A stretch of DNA of 64,000 nucleotides from the NCBI RefSeq assembly GCF_009914755.1, contig NC_060932.1; one strand, given 5' to 3'. Below are positions 26,931-44,292 of the stretch, in pieces (position 1 is the stretch's first letter; each line of letters starts with the position of its first letter). Under the pieces are notes generated by a model. That model was given only the letters and a program-made list of their open reading frames with translations. It ran no database searches and was not told the origin of the DNA. The stretch comes from the human T2T-CHM13v2.0 reference genome, Homo sapiens. Made by a program: the position numbers and the translations under genes.

Positions 26931-29296
26931 GTTAATAAACATAGTTACACTTCTCTTATATAAATGACATATATTTCTTAGAAGCTTTATGTTGTGCAAT
27001 ATGCTGGTGTATCCTCTATACCTTATTAACTATAGTGTGTATGGTTGTTTCTATTAAATAATGAAAACAAGTCTCAGAACCTTGAGCCATGTTATGCTAT
27101 AATTGCTATATAAGAATTACACTGGATTTATATTATACTTCCTATGTCTTTTCTGAATATCTCATTTCTCTGATTCTGAGTACTATGTGTAAGCAGTTTG
27201 ACTTGATTTTCATGGTTTTTAATGATTTTCTAAAAATAGCTTTTATTATAAGAAATAGAATAGCCTTATTAGTTATTAATACAATAGGGATCTTTGAGAC
27301 ATTTATGCCCTTCCTTTGCATGCATTCATTGATTAATTCATTTATTAAATATACATTGATTAATATTTGCAGCTATTCAACAGACATTGAGTGCTTATGA
27401 TGACTAGACACCAATAGTAGATATATATTTTTGACTAGAACATATGGTACTGTATGACTTCACAGAACTCAAGACTTCAACCACATTATCTTACAATTAC
27501 ATTGTAATTTCATTGTAGTTCTGATAGATTCTGTATCATAATAATTGCATGCTTTGTCTACACCACCTCCCAAAATGCCTAGATTGATGAAATAAGTGAA
27601 ATTAGAAGTTTTGAACTTGCACCCTAAACTTTTTTCATGGTCTCATTTTTATCATTAAGTATCCTTACAACATTCTGTTCTATCTTCCGAAAATTACTGT
27701 AAGAAGCAAGAATGATCCCAGAAGTTCCATCTAGATTTGCAATTTTCACACAAAGGAATAGAGAAAAGTGTTCATAAATTTCATTCAAGTTTTTTTCTTT
27801 TTAGAAGTAATAAAGAGAATAGAAATATCAGCATTAATTATTCATGAGTATATTTAAGTAAATACATTACCTTTTCAGTACATTTTAATTGGTCTTTTTT
27901 GCAAATTCTGTTTATATCCTGTTTTTTAAAATATTGATTCTTTAAAAATTTAGCTTATGATTTAGTCTTCTGATTATGAAATTAAAATAAGAAAAGGTAA
28001 AATAACATTTTAAAAATTTATAAATAAATTTTCAAAATACCTTTTTTGAAAATACATCTACCCTTATTTTAATAAACCTATATAACTAAGACATTTACAT
28101 TTTTTAAAATAAAAAGATAATCGTGTTTATTTTTAAAAAATCAACACCAAAGTGTATGCAATACTCCTCCTTACCAGGGCTTATTCTGAATGGTAACCAC
28201 CTCCTTACCCTGTGGCCACTGTTAGATCAAAACTCACAGACCGTTTGTCTGTATGCGTGTGTGTCTGTCTGTCTTAAGTAATGGAATTGTACTCTACATA
28301 GTATTCTTTAACTTGCTTGTATTTAAACTCAATAATGTATTGTGGTCATCTTTCAGTGTAATCATATTTAGACTTGCCATCATACTGACCTGTTTTTGAG
28401 CTGTTTTAGACAGCAAAGATAAAAAACTTCATGTAAACACTGCTTTCTGTTTTGAACCGAGAAAATATTCATCACTATTAAAGTTCAATTAAAACTTAAA
28501 AACTCTTATATACTATATTGTGACTGAGACTTCCCTGACCTCAAACTTTATTATACATTATAAAATGTAAAAGGGAAAAATGTTGTTTTCTTCCGTGAAA
28601 TAGTTACCAGGGCAATTCCTGAAGAACAAGTATATCAGCACAAATAGGAAATTGAAATTATTATAGCTTATGTGTTCTTTGTTACTATTTGAATTACAAG
28701 GGCAAAGTAATTCACAATTCAACACTGGTGTGTGAATTAAAATAGCACAGGTGTTTGGGCTTTAACAAACCACTCTTAAACATTGTTTATCAATTCTCTG
28801 CTCAACACCTGTCATAGTGTTCAGTTTTTAACATGACAAAATCCCTGTCTTTTAATGCAAAATGTATCTTCCTCTCTGATCTGACCTTATCCTATACTTT
28901 AAATATTACCACTAGTTGCTTCTTTACATAAGACACTTGTTCAAGTTAAATATTTTGTCTAATCCAATAATGCTTATTATGCGCCTTTCTGTGGCTCTTG
29001 TTTATGTATGCATTTTCAACTTTCTTGAAATAACAGCTAACTTCCAGTTTAGCCTTTCAGGGTTTTTGTTACGAAGAACTTTACATTGATGGGGGTTTGT
29101 ATCCTTTAAAAATGTTTTTTCTTTGATGTTCAACTCTATTTTTAATTTTTAAAAATCCTTAAGAATCGCATCTATTTTTTAATATCTTACTTAAATCTTG
29201 CTCTCTTTTTGAAATTTTTCATAATCATTTTCTTAGAAGTAATGTCTCCTTCCTTTGGCCTTCTACAGCAATGGCTGACCTACCTTTATGCAATTA

Positions 29297-29668
<372 letters not shown>

Positions 29669-31900
29669 CTATTGAGTGCTTCCTTTGTGTCAAAGATTCT
29701 GTGCATTGCTTTCAATGCAATGCCTACATCTCGGTCGAACCTCATAATAATCTCATGAGTCAGGTATTATGATTATCTGTATTTTAGAAATAAAATATTC
29801 AGTCTGTAGACATTCAGTAGCTTCTCCTAGGCCACACGTAATAAGTGACAGAACCAGGACTGTCAGTTCCATTGCTCATGCACTTTACCACTACATCTCG
29901 CTGCCTGTATCTGAGTTTCTTATAAGATGTACCAGCTGTAGTTTAACCAAGTTATTTATAACCAGTTTATAGCATGAAGTTTGAAACTTATTTTTGAAGT
30001 TTCAAATTTATATTCCATTAAATTTTGTTATTATTTAAATGTTCCAAAAAACTAGTAAGTACCATTTGTAGTGCATTCTCCTTGTGTTCCTTAAAATAGT
30101 CTTAGCTAGGATGGACTTAATATTATAACCTTCAAACCACAATTTATAATGAAAACATTTATAATCCCAGTGTTTGAGCTCTTTGGTCCTTGAAGGTACT
30201 TGAACATGCAATCCGTTTTTAGAGAATTTTCATCAGAATGTGCTTAATACTGCATTTATTCTACAAATATAGCTCCGTAGCTAATGATTTTGATTGCCAT
30301 CAAGGTTTTTCTCACATCTCTTATGAGCTCTGAGATGAGTAATGACCAGATAAATATTTACATAGATGTTGTATCTGATTAACAAAGTCAATATATTTTG
30401 TGGCTTTTATTTATAGGAGATATTTAAAAGTCATTATAAAACAGAAGCGTTATGAATCTTTTCTCTTTTCTCCTAGTAAAATTTAGTTATTAATCTAGTT
30501 GTCTCAAAATTATGAAAGAAAAAGAGATGTTAAAACTTTTGTTAAATATCTCTCTTCATCCCATTGTATACTTACATATCAGTATTTTTATAAATTGTGG
30601 TAAAAAATATTGGTTTTATTTTAAAACAATTATGACTATTTTCACATGTATTTTTTATATAGCAAAATTATAGCAAAGTTGACTAAGTATGTTATGAAGG
30701 CTTCTAGTAACTTAGATTTTTTTCTTCCCACTAATCTTGTGCAATTGAGAAATACTGTGTTCAAGCTACATATCTGAATATAGAGTTTATAGAATTAGAT
30801 ATATAAATTTGGAAGTCATCTAACAGTATATATCGACCACCTATATCATTGCTCTGTCATATTTTATAAAATATTAACAAAAGCTCTTCATACCTATTCA
30901 AATAGATTTTTTAAAATAGTGATTGTAACATAATTTACCTCATACTTTTTTCAAGAGTATTTCATTTGTTATAACAGAACTTTAAAATATTAAAAGCAGA
31001 GCTTTTTACTTCGGAGGTATTTTTAATTAAAAAGTTTTTTTTAACTTTCATCTTTAACTTGAGAGAAGTATATTCTTCTTGTAATTGAACATTTGTGAAC
31101 TTCTGCATATAGGTTTTTGTTCATGCCATGAATATTTCTGGGTTTTCTGAAGTCCCTTCTGGAATTTTATCTGTGACTAATTATTCCATAGCTCCTTTTT
31201 AAACATCGTCAATTGTGAGGTTTTTCAACCGTTTTAAATTTTTTTGCAGACATTTGCTAATCCTTTTTAGTGCATTCAGTACCAATAGATTTGATTCTGA
31301 TATGGGTTTTACCTTTTCTCCATAGATAATTTCATTCTCATAAAACATGTCTACAAGCATTATATGAAAACTGCATAGTAATTTTGGCAAACTTTTGAAA
31401 GACATCTTTTATAAGTGAGACTTCTGAAAGGTGTACCCTGTTCTGTGGCAGTTTAATCCATGAAATTTTACCTTTAAAGAATTATAAAAGATAGGGAGCT
31501 GATTCACTTTTCACCCTTAGAAGACATGTGTTAGTAAAATTCTTCCAGAAGTATATACAGAATTTGTTTTCCATCTGCTTATTGCTTTTTTTGTGAGCAA
31601 CTTTTGCAACAGTGTTTGCTCTGTTTCTTACTATGAGTCTGATAACACACCCTCAGCCACAGGAAGAGTGTGAAAATATGCTTTATTTTTAACATAGTTG
31701 ATGAAAAATTAACTTTAATTACAAATATTCACTTTATTTCATTGTATTTTATTGTATTTTTGTGTTAAATATTTATGCTAACGGCTCAATTTTAATAGCA
31801 TAAATATTTAACACAAAAATACACACTTCTTCAGCAGAAATTTACTGTTTTATATAACTTAGCAGAAGTTTTTTTAAAATTAATCTAAAATGTATTTTAA

Positions 31901-32232
<332 letters not shown>

Positions 32233-34944
32233 AATTTACTGAGATTTTTAAAATCATAGTTTACTAAAAATTAAGTATCTTATTGAAGGTTTTAAATAAA
32301 TTGACCTTGAGGAACTACCAAGTGATCCAAATACAGATATTTGCAAGTGACATAATTGTTTCATGCATTAAAATCTTGACAGTAGCTTTAAAAAAATTTT
32401 TAAACTCCAAATTCATTTCTCTTGTTATGTATATACTCTTGACTAATTTTTAAATGGTCATTCTGACTTTTCATAGGGTTAATGTTCCCAATATGAAGTA
32501 ACATTAATGTGACCAATGAAATTCATGATTGAGATTAACTAAATTTTTTGTCTTGTTTTACATATATACTTTAACAGTTGAAAATTGAGGAATATAACCA
32601 ATAGAAAATCATAGACAAGATTAACATTCTTTTATTGATGAGCTTAACATCATTAACAATTATGTTTGTATGCTTCAACACATTGTGTTTATTTTAAAAT
32701 AGGAAAACCATTCTTTTTTATGGACATGTTTATAATAGCCTTTCTTTATTCCTGATGAATGTAACTCAAGGTATGGCATCTCTCCTTTATGTATCTTTAT
32801 GGTTTCTCCTAAAACCTAGCTTATCATCTTTAACACTGAGCTGTATTTTCTAGATGCAGTGTTAAGATTAAATTCTACAAATCCCCACAAAACTGTTTCC
32901 TCCTTCCTCCTCCCAACTTTTAATTTCTTCCTAATTATATAAAAGCATTCTCAAAATAACCTTTGTTTTGGTTTTTGGCAAAGGTATGTTTCGTATCTGG
33001 TGACATTATGACCCTAATCCTATAATGGTTAGTGTTGGTTTCAAATAATTCCCTTTTAGTAAGTCAGAGAGAGAGAGAGATTGGGATAGTAGGTATTTAG
33101 ATTAACTTCCCTAAAAGCTTTGTTTGAAAATATTATCGGCAGAGTTTTAGTGCGTCATGGTATTCTGCTGATTTAGTTGAAGGCTTTGCATTTACATTTG
33201 GCCCTCACCAAAGTAACTGCATCTTTTGTGGCTTCCTGTAGCAGGATATAGGTTTCCATGAATATGGTTTCTATTTACTGCCAAAAGCTACCTCAACAAC
33301 AGTGTTGAAAATGACGATAAGTTCTACCATCATAAATTTTTGAAATGTTTTTTAAATGTATTTACTTTTATATTGCCACTTTTATACTTTCTTCTAGAAA
33401 TTCATGTTAGAAGCTACAGAATAATAGAATGTTTGGGTTCCCATCATAACAGTTTTGTGTTACGAATTTGGAAAATCTATTTTATACTTCTTTCTAATAT
33501 ATTTTGGTTATATTAAGTACACTGGATATATAATATCTTACTATAACCATTCCTGCTGGTGTACTTTCATTGAGGCACTAACATTATCATGTGAAATTAT
33601 TATCTAAACATCTCTGAGTTTAAAGACAAGTGAGAGAAAGCATAGGGTACCTTTAAAATACATCTTTGGGACTTCTGGAATATGATGGCTGTTCACCATA
33701 ACCACCAACATATAAGACAATTGTCCAAAATATGGTAAAACATTGTGCTACTGTCTTAAGTGTCTGATGTAAAGGAAGAATTGCATTTTTCTCATTAATA
33801 ACAAAGATCAAATATTGTAACAAAAGAGTAACCTGCAAATTTATTCCTATAGCTATTCATATAGTGTAACCTGCACATCATCATAAAAGGCTTGAACAGA
33901 ATGAATGGATGGATAGATTTTTCAAAAAATCTTTGACCAACTTCAAGTGTGAGAAACCTGTAAATGTGAGAAGCAGTGTTGGCTTTGTAGTTACAATTTC
34001 AGAATGATCCATTTTACCCTTTGTTGACTAGTGTCCATTTTCAGCCAGCCCCCTCATATCCCCTAAACCAAAATAGAAGCTAACTAAAAAGAAAATTAAG
34101 AAGCAGACATCTATTAATTAATTTAATGTGCAGAATTAATAATAAATTACCTCTACACATTGTATAAGAGCACTGCTAAGCCTTGGTAAGATAAAATGCT
34201 GTTACCAAAAAAATCCTAATAATTTTTACATGAAAGCAAGTAAATAATTATTTTCCAAAATACTAATTTAAACAATAAGTCTTAAATATATATGCTTACT
34301 TTATGTTGTATTGTATTCTGTGTTCACTGAGGTCACTGTCCTAGAATAAACACTATAATTTTGCCTGTTTTGTGTACTAGAAATACTTATCCTGTTTGAA
34401 GAACTTCCATCCTCTGTGGTGTAGACAGATAGCTCCTCAATCTGAAACATTTTCCTTGCTCATCATTTCTAACATTGAACTTTGAGCAAAAACCAAATAT
34501 CTGAAAAGCATTCTACATTGAGAAAGGTAATGAAAAATACAAACATGATCCTAAAAATGGGTAAAAAGTCAGTGCATAGCTAATTTTTTTCTTTTTACTT
34601 TTTTCATTTTTTAAAGTGAGTTACAACTTACATATAGGAAAGTATATTTATCATTTGTATACAGTTGAATGAAGTTTTACATATATATAGACATGTTATC
34701 ACAACCCAGCACCCCAGAAACCTTACTCATTCTCATTCTAGCCTGTATTTGGTAGTGCAAAGATAATCATTATTCTGACCTCTGTAACTATGTATTAGGT
34801 TTGACATAACTAACTGTTATTATCAATGTTTACATTGTGAAAACTTTTATCTCAACATAGGTTGTCATCTGTAAATCTACTTGAAATAATTTCTGAGCCA
34901 ATGTCAGATCATATAATTCAAAATATAAATGATTTTAATCCAAA

Positions 34945-35279
<335 letters not shown>

Positions 35280-35629
35280 TAGTTTTAAACTTTAATATCA
35301 AATAATATATTATCCACTCTGGTATTTTCCATGTAAATCTCTGAATGCAACCATAAGGAAAAAAATTAAAAATCCATATATGAAGATTAAACATTATAAT
35401 TTGTAACATCTTCATTCATTAGATAAATTCCTAGCATATACCCTAATAACTGGCTGTAGCATGAGCTTTTGAGCCAATTTTTATCAATTTCACTTAATAC
35501 CATAGTTATTTAGTGAAAAATGTCATATACATATGTGTGTGGCATTTGTACAACATAGAGTGCATAGCTTCTGTAAAGGAAATAATGTTTTGTATCCTGG
35601 GACCCCATTATCCTTTAACTGAATTGACT

Positions 35630-35724
35630 GTCATCCAAGTATGGGTTTGATAAACTGACACAACAGTGAAAAGAATCCCTGTCCCATGTCAGCTTATCAA
35701 ACACACTGTGGACAGCATGTCTTT
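35630..35724 (-). ncRNA. MIR599: pre-miR-599 hairpin (mature sequence at 35645-35664)
   Basis: The minus strand reads AAAGACAUGCUGUCCACAGUGUGUUUGAUAAGCUGACAUGG...GUUGUGUCAGUUUAUCAAACCC. The arms are complementary and the mature GUUGUGUCAGUUUAUCAAAC is recognised. Confidence 0.92.
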
Positions 35725-35779
35725 GGCATTAAACGTATTCTCAGTCATTAAAGTTCTGAATAGAAGTCACGAAGCTTAT

Positions 35780-35855
35780 GTTCAGTGAGACACAACCTCA
35801 GTGTTTCCAGGTGATTTTAAGAACACCTGATAAAACTGAGGTATAGTACCACTAA
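35780..35855 (-). ncRNA. MIR875: pre-miR-875 hairpin (5p 35824-35845, 3p 35791-35811)
   Basis: The minus strand contains UAUACCUCAGUUUUAUCAGGUG and CCUGGAAACACUGAGGUUGUG, which pair as a stem-loop. Confidence 0.92.
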
Positions 35856-38458
35856 ACTTTAAGAATTTTCCAAAAACTAGGGAAAAAAAGTAACATGCAT
35901 AGAGTTACAGAATTGCAGTGTTATTGTTCAGTTCGATGATAGAACTTATATTAATGAGATATACAGAAAAGTAATTAATATCTTGTCCTTCTGGTAAACC
36001 ATGTCAAATTATGCTGTAAATATATTTATACTGTAGAATAAAACAAAATCAAATATGTTTTGATTTTTTAATCCTTTTTTTCAAATAATAACGTATATCC
36101 ACCTGGTAAAATTGTCCATCGGTCTGAATCTCTCACTATTTTTTTCCCAATTTCATTTATTTAATTTGAAAATGTCTATCATCAAAAATTTAGCAGCCTT
36201 TTTTGGAATAGTGCACTAAAATCATTTGTACATTGTCCAAGTTAAAGTATAGGCATGTTTGAAAAAGATTTTTAAAAATTTATTCTAGTGCTGTAAATAT
36301 ATTTGGGTGAAAAGCTAACTTCTATGGTGATGTAGGTCAAAACGTTTACTTATAATAATACTTCATTTATACATATCTATAATAAAATAGTTAAATCTAT
36401 AACATTTATAGGTGAATTTGCCTGATTCTATATCATATACAATGCGAAAACATCTTTCAGGTTTGTTCTCCATAGTTTAACCCTCAAAGAAGAAATTACA
36501 TTATGCAGTTACAGTACCTTATCAGTGGAGCTCGACTTCTACGCTGCAAATGGAAATGTATTGCAACAGTGCTAAACAGAAGTTGCCCTCCTCTTTGGAG
36601 AAAATTGCAGTATCCGAGAGCTCTTTTTAACAAGGGACTACTTTTAAATGTGTCTGATCACCTCAAAGGATAAGTAGAGTGTTTCCTGCCAGTAGAATTA
36701 GAGGAAGGAAGCACCAGGCCAAAATGTTTGATGTGTGATGTACTGTAATTCTTTTCATGTGTTTGGTGGTGGCTTTTATATGATGATCAGTGTTTTGCTA
36801 CTATTTGTGACCCTGGTGTGGTCCAGGTCATTAAAGTTCAACCTTCCTTAATGTGTAGGGTCATTAACTATACCTAGCAGCATTATCATAATTAAGGTAC
36901 TGTTTTCTTTTAAACAACTATGTCTCATTTTCATTAAAATATTTCTTATAATTGGAAAATCGACCTAGTGATTGTGATTCTCATGAAAGAGATTATTCAA
37001 CATTGGAGACCTGCTAGTACTAGCATTACTGTCGACAGATGCTCTTTAGGTTTCCTCACTTTACCTTTTAGTCCTTGTTTTTAAATCAGCATTTTCTTCC
37101 CACAATTACCTGTGGGTATATAAAGTTCAAGATGGAAACTAGCTTTACATGGTAGTTTTCCTGGATGTGAGTCTTAGAGGCAATAAGAATTGACAAAATT
37201 GCTGTCAGCAATATTATATACCTTTAATGAAACAAAATGTGATGATTATACATGTTCTTTGTTATTCTGAGATCACATATTCAGATATTCCTTTAAATGT
37301 TTAGGTTTTTAAATATTTATTCAGTTTAAAATATGTAAAAGTAGGTTCTTTATTCTTTCATCTTTATCTTTCTATGCCCTCTAAATTTGCTTTTGGGTTT
37401 TTTTAAAACTTTTATATCATTTGTTCACCCATTAGTCATTTAGCACTTGACAATTTGACAATGATAGCTCTAAAGGAATATATGCTCTGTTTTGGGATAT
37501 GTGTGTTTATCTGTGTCTGAGTGTGTGTGTGTTTGAGGGTTGTTTATTTGAAGAGCCAGTTTCATCTTTTCCCGCATGTGAGTATCCAGATATTTTTGGT
37601 ATTTGCCTTCTGTCTCTTTCAATGCTGATACTGGATATATCATTAATACATTAATTTGAATAAAGCTAAATGCCTAAAAGGATCTTCATGTGATAAAATA
37701 AATTGTCTTTCCTCCATGCATAAAGAATCAATTTTATTATCTTACTTATTGATTTCTTTAGAATAACTTGTGAACACCTACCATTCGCTAGCTATTTGCT
37801 AGCTGTAAAGCTGCACTGGTGACAAAATTATTCATAATCTTTACCTTCATGAAACATAGTTTAATTGACTTTATCATTATACTTAAAGTATATTAATTGA
37901 TTTCTTGTAAACATTTTCTCTAGGCAAAGAAATACATGGCACATTTAGATTATAAAGGAAGAACTCACAGAATTTTTTATGTCCTCAGTGTAGCAATGTA
38001 GTGCCTGCATTTATTTTATTCCATAAGAAAGTATTTCACCAGTTTTATAAATTAAGCTATTGTCGTCATAGCTTACTCACTTTTCAAGTCATGGCTTATG
38101 ATATTAATATTTAAGATCTAAATGATGATGATTACATTGTAAGCATAATGAAGAACAATGTGAAGAAAATTTTAAAAATAACTGAGGCCTTTCACCATTA
38201 ATTTGTAAATAATTGGCCTTTAAAAAATAGGTACAATAATTTTCTGCACATTCTTTTGCATTATCTTGCAGCATATTAAAATATAGATATACAACATGTA
38301 TAATTCAAAAACATTAATATTTAATAAGAATGATGTATGATTATAATTTTTGTATTTTATATTGTATTTTAATGTAAATGTGATTTATTAATGTCCACAA
38401 AATATGAATTGCAGACAGAGTATTTGGAGAAGGAATTATTGATACATAATAAAAATTA

Positions 38459-38736
<278 letters not shown>

Positions 38737-38949
38737 AATTAATTTGATATAATGAATAGATGTATTTAAATAAATTGGTAATGGAAAAGATGCCTGCAAA
38801 TAAGTATTGATGCTAACTTATTGGAAGTATATTCTGTTTCTTTTTTTCTTTTTTGTACCATAAAACAGAAAAGGACTCATTTATTTCTATAAGCATTTAT
38901 ATATATATATACACACATATTTATATTTATACATTATATTTATATATAG

Positions 38950-39344
<395 letters not shown>

Positions 39345-40301
39345 TAAGCATTTCTATTTTTAAGGAATACTTTACAGAATTAATGAAAAAAGAGATCTAA
39401 AATTCATCACCAGCTAAATTGGGAGTCATTTTTGTAGCATCTCTTTCACAGCTAGCTGTTTGACCTCATTGTTCTCAGTTCATAAAGTTTATATTGAATG
39501 CTTTTGCCTCAGCACATATGCTAAGGTGTGAAGAATATCCTTTTTCACAAGACTTTCATGTCTCAATTTTATTCATAGAATATTTCCTAGCTATTTCTCC
39601 ACTTTTGACCATGTCATTTTTAGAACTAAATTTTTGAAACTGAAGAATTTATCAGTAAAATAATATTCTATATTATCTCAGTTTCTTTTGTATTTCTTTT
39701 GAAAGATACAAAAACTTTCTTGTTTTTGCATTTCTTTTGTAACCAAAATCTAAAAACTGCATAATTGTTCTGTGGATTTTTATTGTGGTTTCGAGGCCCT
39801 ATTTCGAATAACTGTACTTTCATGTTTTAAATGTTTGTCTTTGCTATTGCTCGGTGTTTTCTTTTCTATTACAGGGTTATTTTCTTAAAGTGTATAGAGT
39901 CATGGTATAGAAGCACAAATACTAAGATTAAATACTTTTTAGTCATTATTCTGCTTATAAAAACTGCCAAATGTACATTGTGACTTTTTTATATGTTGCC
40001 TCAATTCTCCCTATGTGTTTTCTGTTTTAATTATAGCTTAGAAAATCTCTAGGGGTAATATATTTATACCCTATATACTGTATTTTAGTATTACTTATCT
40101 GTTTTTAAGATTACCAAAGAATATTGTTTTCTGGTATCAATTAAAACTTATATAAGAATTTATAAACAGAATAGACAATATAGTTTAAATATTTTCATGA
40201 AATATTTGGTATTTTCTGACTAAAGTCAACCCTATGTGGCTAAAGCTTTTGATATGGTACTAAATCAACTTTTTTATATTCTTAAGAATAAGCATGGCAC
40301 A

Positions 40302-40553
40302 TTTTTTTTTAACTTTAAGTTCTGGATTACACGTGCTGGACATGCAGGTTTGTTGTTACATAGGTATACATGTGCCGTGGTGGTTTGCTGCACCTATCAA
40401 CCTGTCATCTAGGTTTTAAGCTCTGCATGCATTAGGTGTTTGTCCTAATGCTCTTCTTCCCCTTCCCCCTGCACCCGGACAGGCCCCGGTGTGTGATGTT
40501 CCCCTCCCTGTGTCCATGTGTTCTCATTGTTCAACTCCCACTGAGTGACAACA
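40302..40553 (-). mobile_element. Short L1PA 3' UTR insertion
   Basis: Antisense L1 3' end, flanked by gcatggcacattt / gcatagcacattt. Confidence 0.88.
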
Positions 40554-41026
40554 AGGCATAGCACATTTATTATTCCCATATTTGTATAACTCTTGCCATG
40601 TTAAAACATTCATGCCGAAAGTAAATAAATCTATCTCCATACTTTGGTGGATAAGATGGGGAAAAAGATTTTTACATTCTAATTTTTCCTTAAGAAAAAA
40701 ATGTATCTTTTTATTAAGAATGCCCTAATGGTGTTTCATTTCCCAAGTGAAATAGGTGGTGATCTGTTCTCAGCTTTATTAATTCCTGAATGCATGGATA
40801 AAATATTATACTTGAAGTTCTTATCAGTAATAATATATAATATGTTAAACATAATTATTGCTGGAAATCTGAATAGTGTTTAATCCTAGATGTAATGGAG
40901 ACCTTTCTAGAACCTCCACTTGCAGGATTAAGTTTCTACAGGGAAAAGTTTTCAAAAGAAGCAAATTCTAATGCCAAACCTTGGAACATAGCTAGCACAT
41001 TTCTTCAAAGTATGTACCTTCATTAT

Positions 41027-41153
41027 TGTATTTTTAGTAGATATGGGGTTTCACCGTGTTAGCCAGGATGGTCTCCGTCTCCTGACCTCATGATCCGCCC
41101 GCCTTGGCCTCCCAAAGTGCTGGGATTACAGACGTGAGCCACCGTGCCTGGCC
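41027..41153 (-). mobile_element. Alu left monomer only (AluY/Sc-like)
   Basis: tgtatttttagtag...ccgtgcctggcc, with no right arm. Confidence 0.85.
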
Positions 41154-41864
41154 TAAGCAATAATAAAGGCTTAAGCCCGGCCTTTATTATTGACATGGAC
41201 ATCATCAGAATTTCTTGTCACATCATTGCTCTTTAGAATAATAGAGGGTCCTAATAATATCTATATAATTTATCACATCTTGATTATGGTTAGTGGATAA
41301 GGGAGATTTTCTCAGAGAGGTTTCTTGGTGCTATAGTAGCCACTGCAAAACTCAGTGGAAGAGTTGGAAATAGGTGAGACTTTGAAGAATATGTTGAGCT
41401 GTGGCAAATAGGCCAGGTAGAGGAAAAGAAGGTGGTCAGAAAATAGAGGCAGAAATAAAGCATGGTACACTTAGAGACATGAGGATGCTTGTTTTTTGTA
41501 TCAGAGTACTTGTTATTGGGGCATAATGAGAGAGATGTGGGGACAAGTGATTGAGATCAGACTGTGGCAGCTTTGAATTCCTGGTTAAGGAATTTGTGCT
41601 TTATTACATAGGTGGATGGAGAGCCCTTAAGTATTTTTGATCAGGTTTGAACCATTTTGGGAGAATTAATTACAGTGCCAAGTACATAGTAAGTGTTTAA
41701 AGAGCACAGCCTTTCCAAGTGACCTCAGCCAACATACAGCACTTAACTCCCTCAATTTTATTTGTAAAACAGGGATGATAATACTACCTACCTCATAGGG
41801 TTGTTATGAGGATTACATAAATTAATGCATATAAAACATTTAAAACTTGTCTGGTACTTTGTAA

Positions 41865-43442
<1,578 letters not shown>

Positions 43443-44292
43443 TTCAGAAGTATTTACTGAATTTTATAATTCAGCCATAATTATTATACTTATTGAATGT
43501 TTTTGAAATGATTGCTTAGTGCTTAGTCTGACTATAGTATTTAATATATTGATTGAATTGTGGAAAGAATTCTACCTACCGCTTTTTGCTTATGCAAAAT
43601 TAAATAAGTAAAATACCACTGATGAAATGAGAAATTGTAATTTTGTATGTGCTGCAAAACAACAACAACAACAACAACAATAAACCCTTACAAGCATCCT
43701 TATCCCAGCTACACAAGAGGTTTATATCAACTTAAAATCCCCAGATAATTTTCAACTTGTTTCAAGCCCTGCCTAATAATAGGCCATATTAGTAGCTAGC
43801 ATTTAGATAGCATTTTACAGGTTACAGAGTACTTTTTTATATATTCCCTCCTTTAGATTTCACCAAATCCTTAGGCACTACTCAGTGCTGTAATTCATTT
43901 TACAGTGGAGAAAACGAAGCTCAGGGATGCCTAAGATCACACAGCTAGTTTGTGCTCTGAACCACTACACCATAATTCTGTTTGGCCTTTTTATTGAAAC
44001 AACTATATCAAAACAATATAGAGTACAAGAAAATGCTTTTTCTATGCCCACCACCTTCCTCTGTTCTGTACCTTGCTTTTTAAACTCTGCCATGTAAGAC
44101 TCATCACTTGGACAAACATAATTTCATTCATAGATTTTTACTGTGATATTCTATTGCATGAATATGCCAAGTTATTATGTCATTCCTTCTGTTGGTGGAG
44201 ATTTACGTTTTTAATTTTTCTGTATCACTTGTAGTGTTAAAATGAATATTCTTCAACATTCTCCTTGTACGCACATGTAATAGTTTTTCTAG

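Noticed and set aside
39850-39900. Strong acceptor-like site ttttcttttctattacag|g
   Set aside because: No convincing downstream donor or open frame; such sites are common in T-rich introns.
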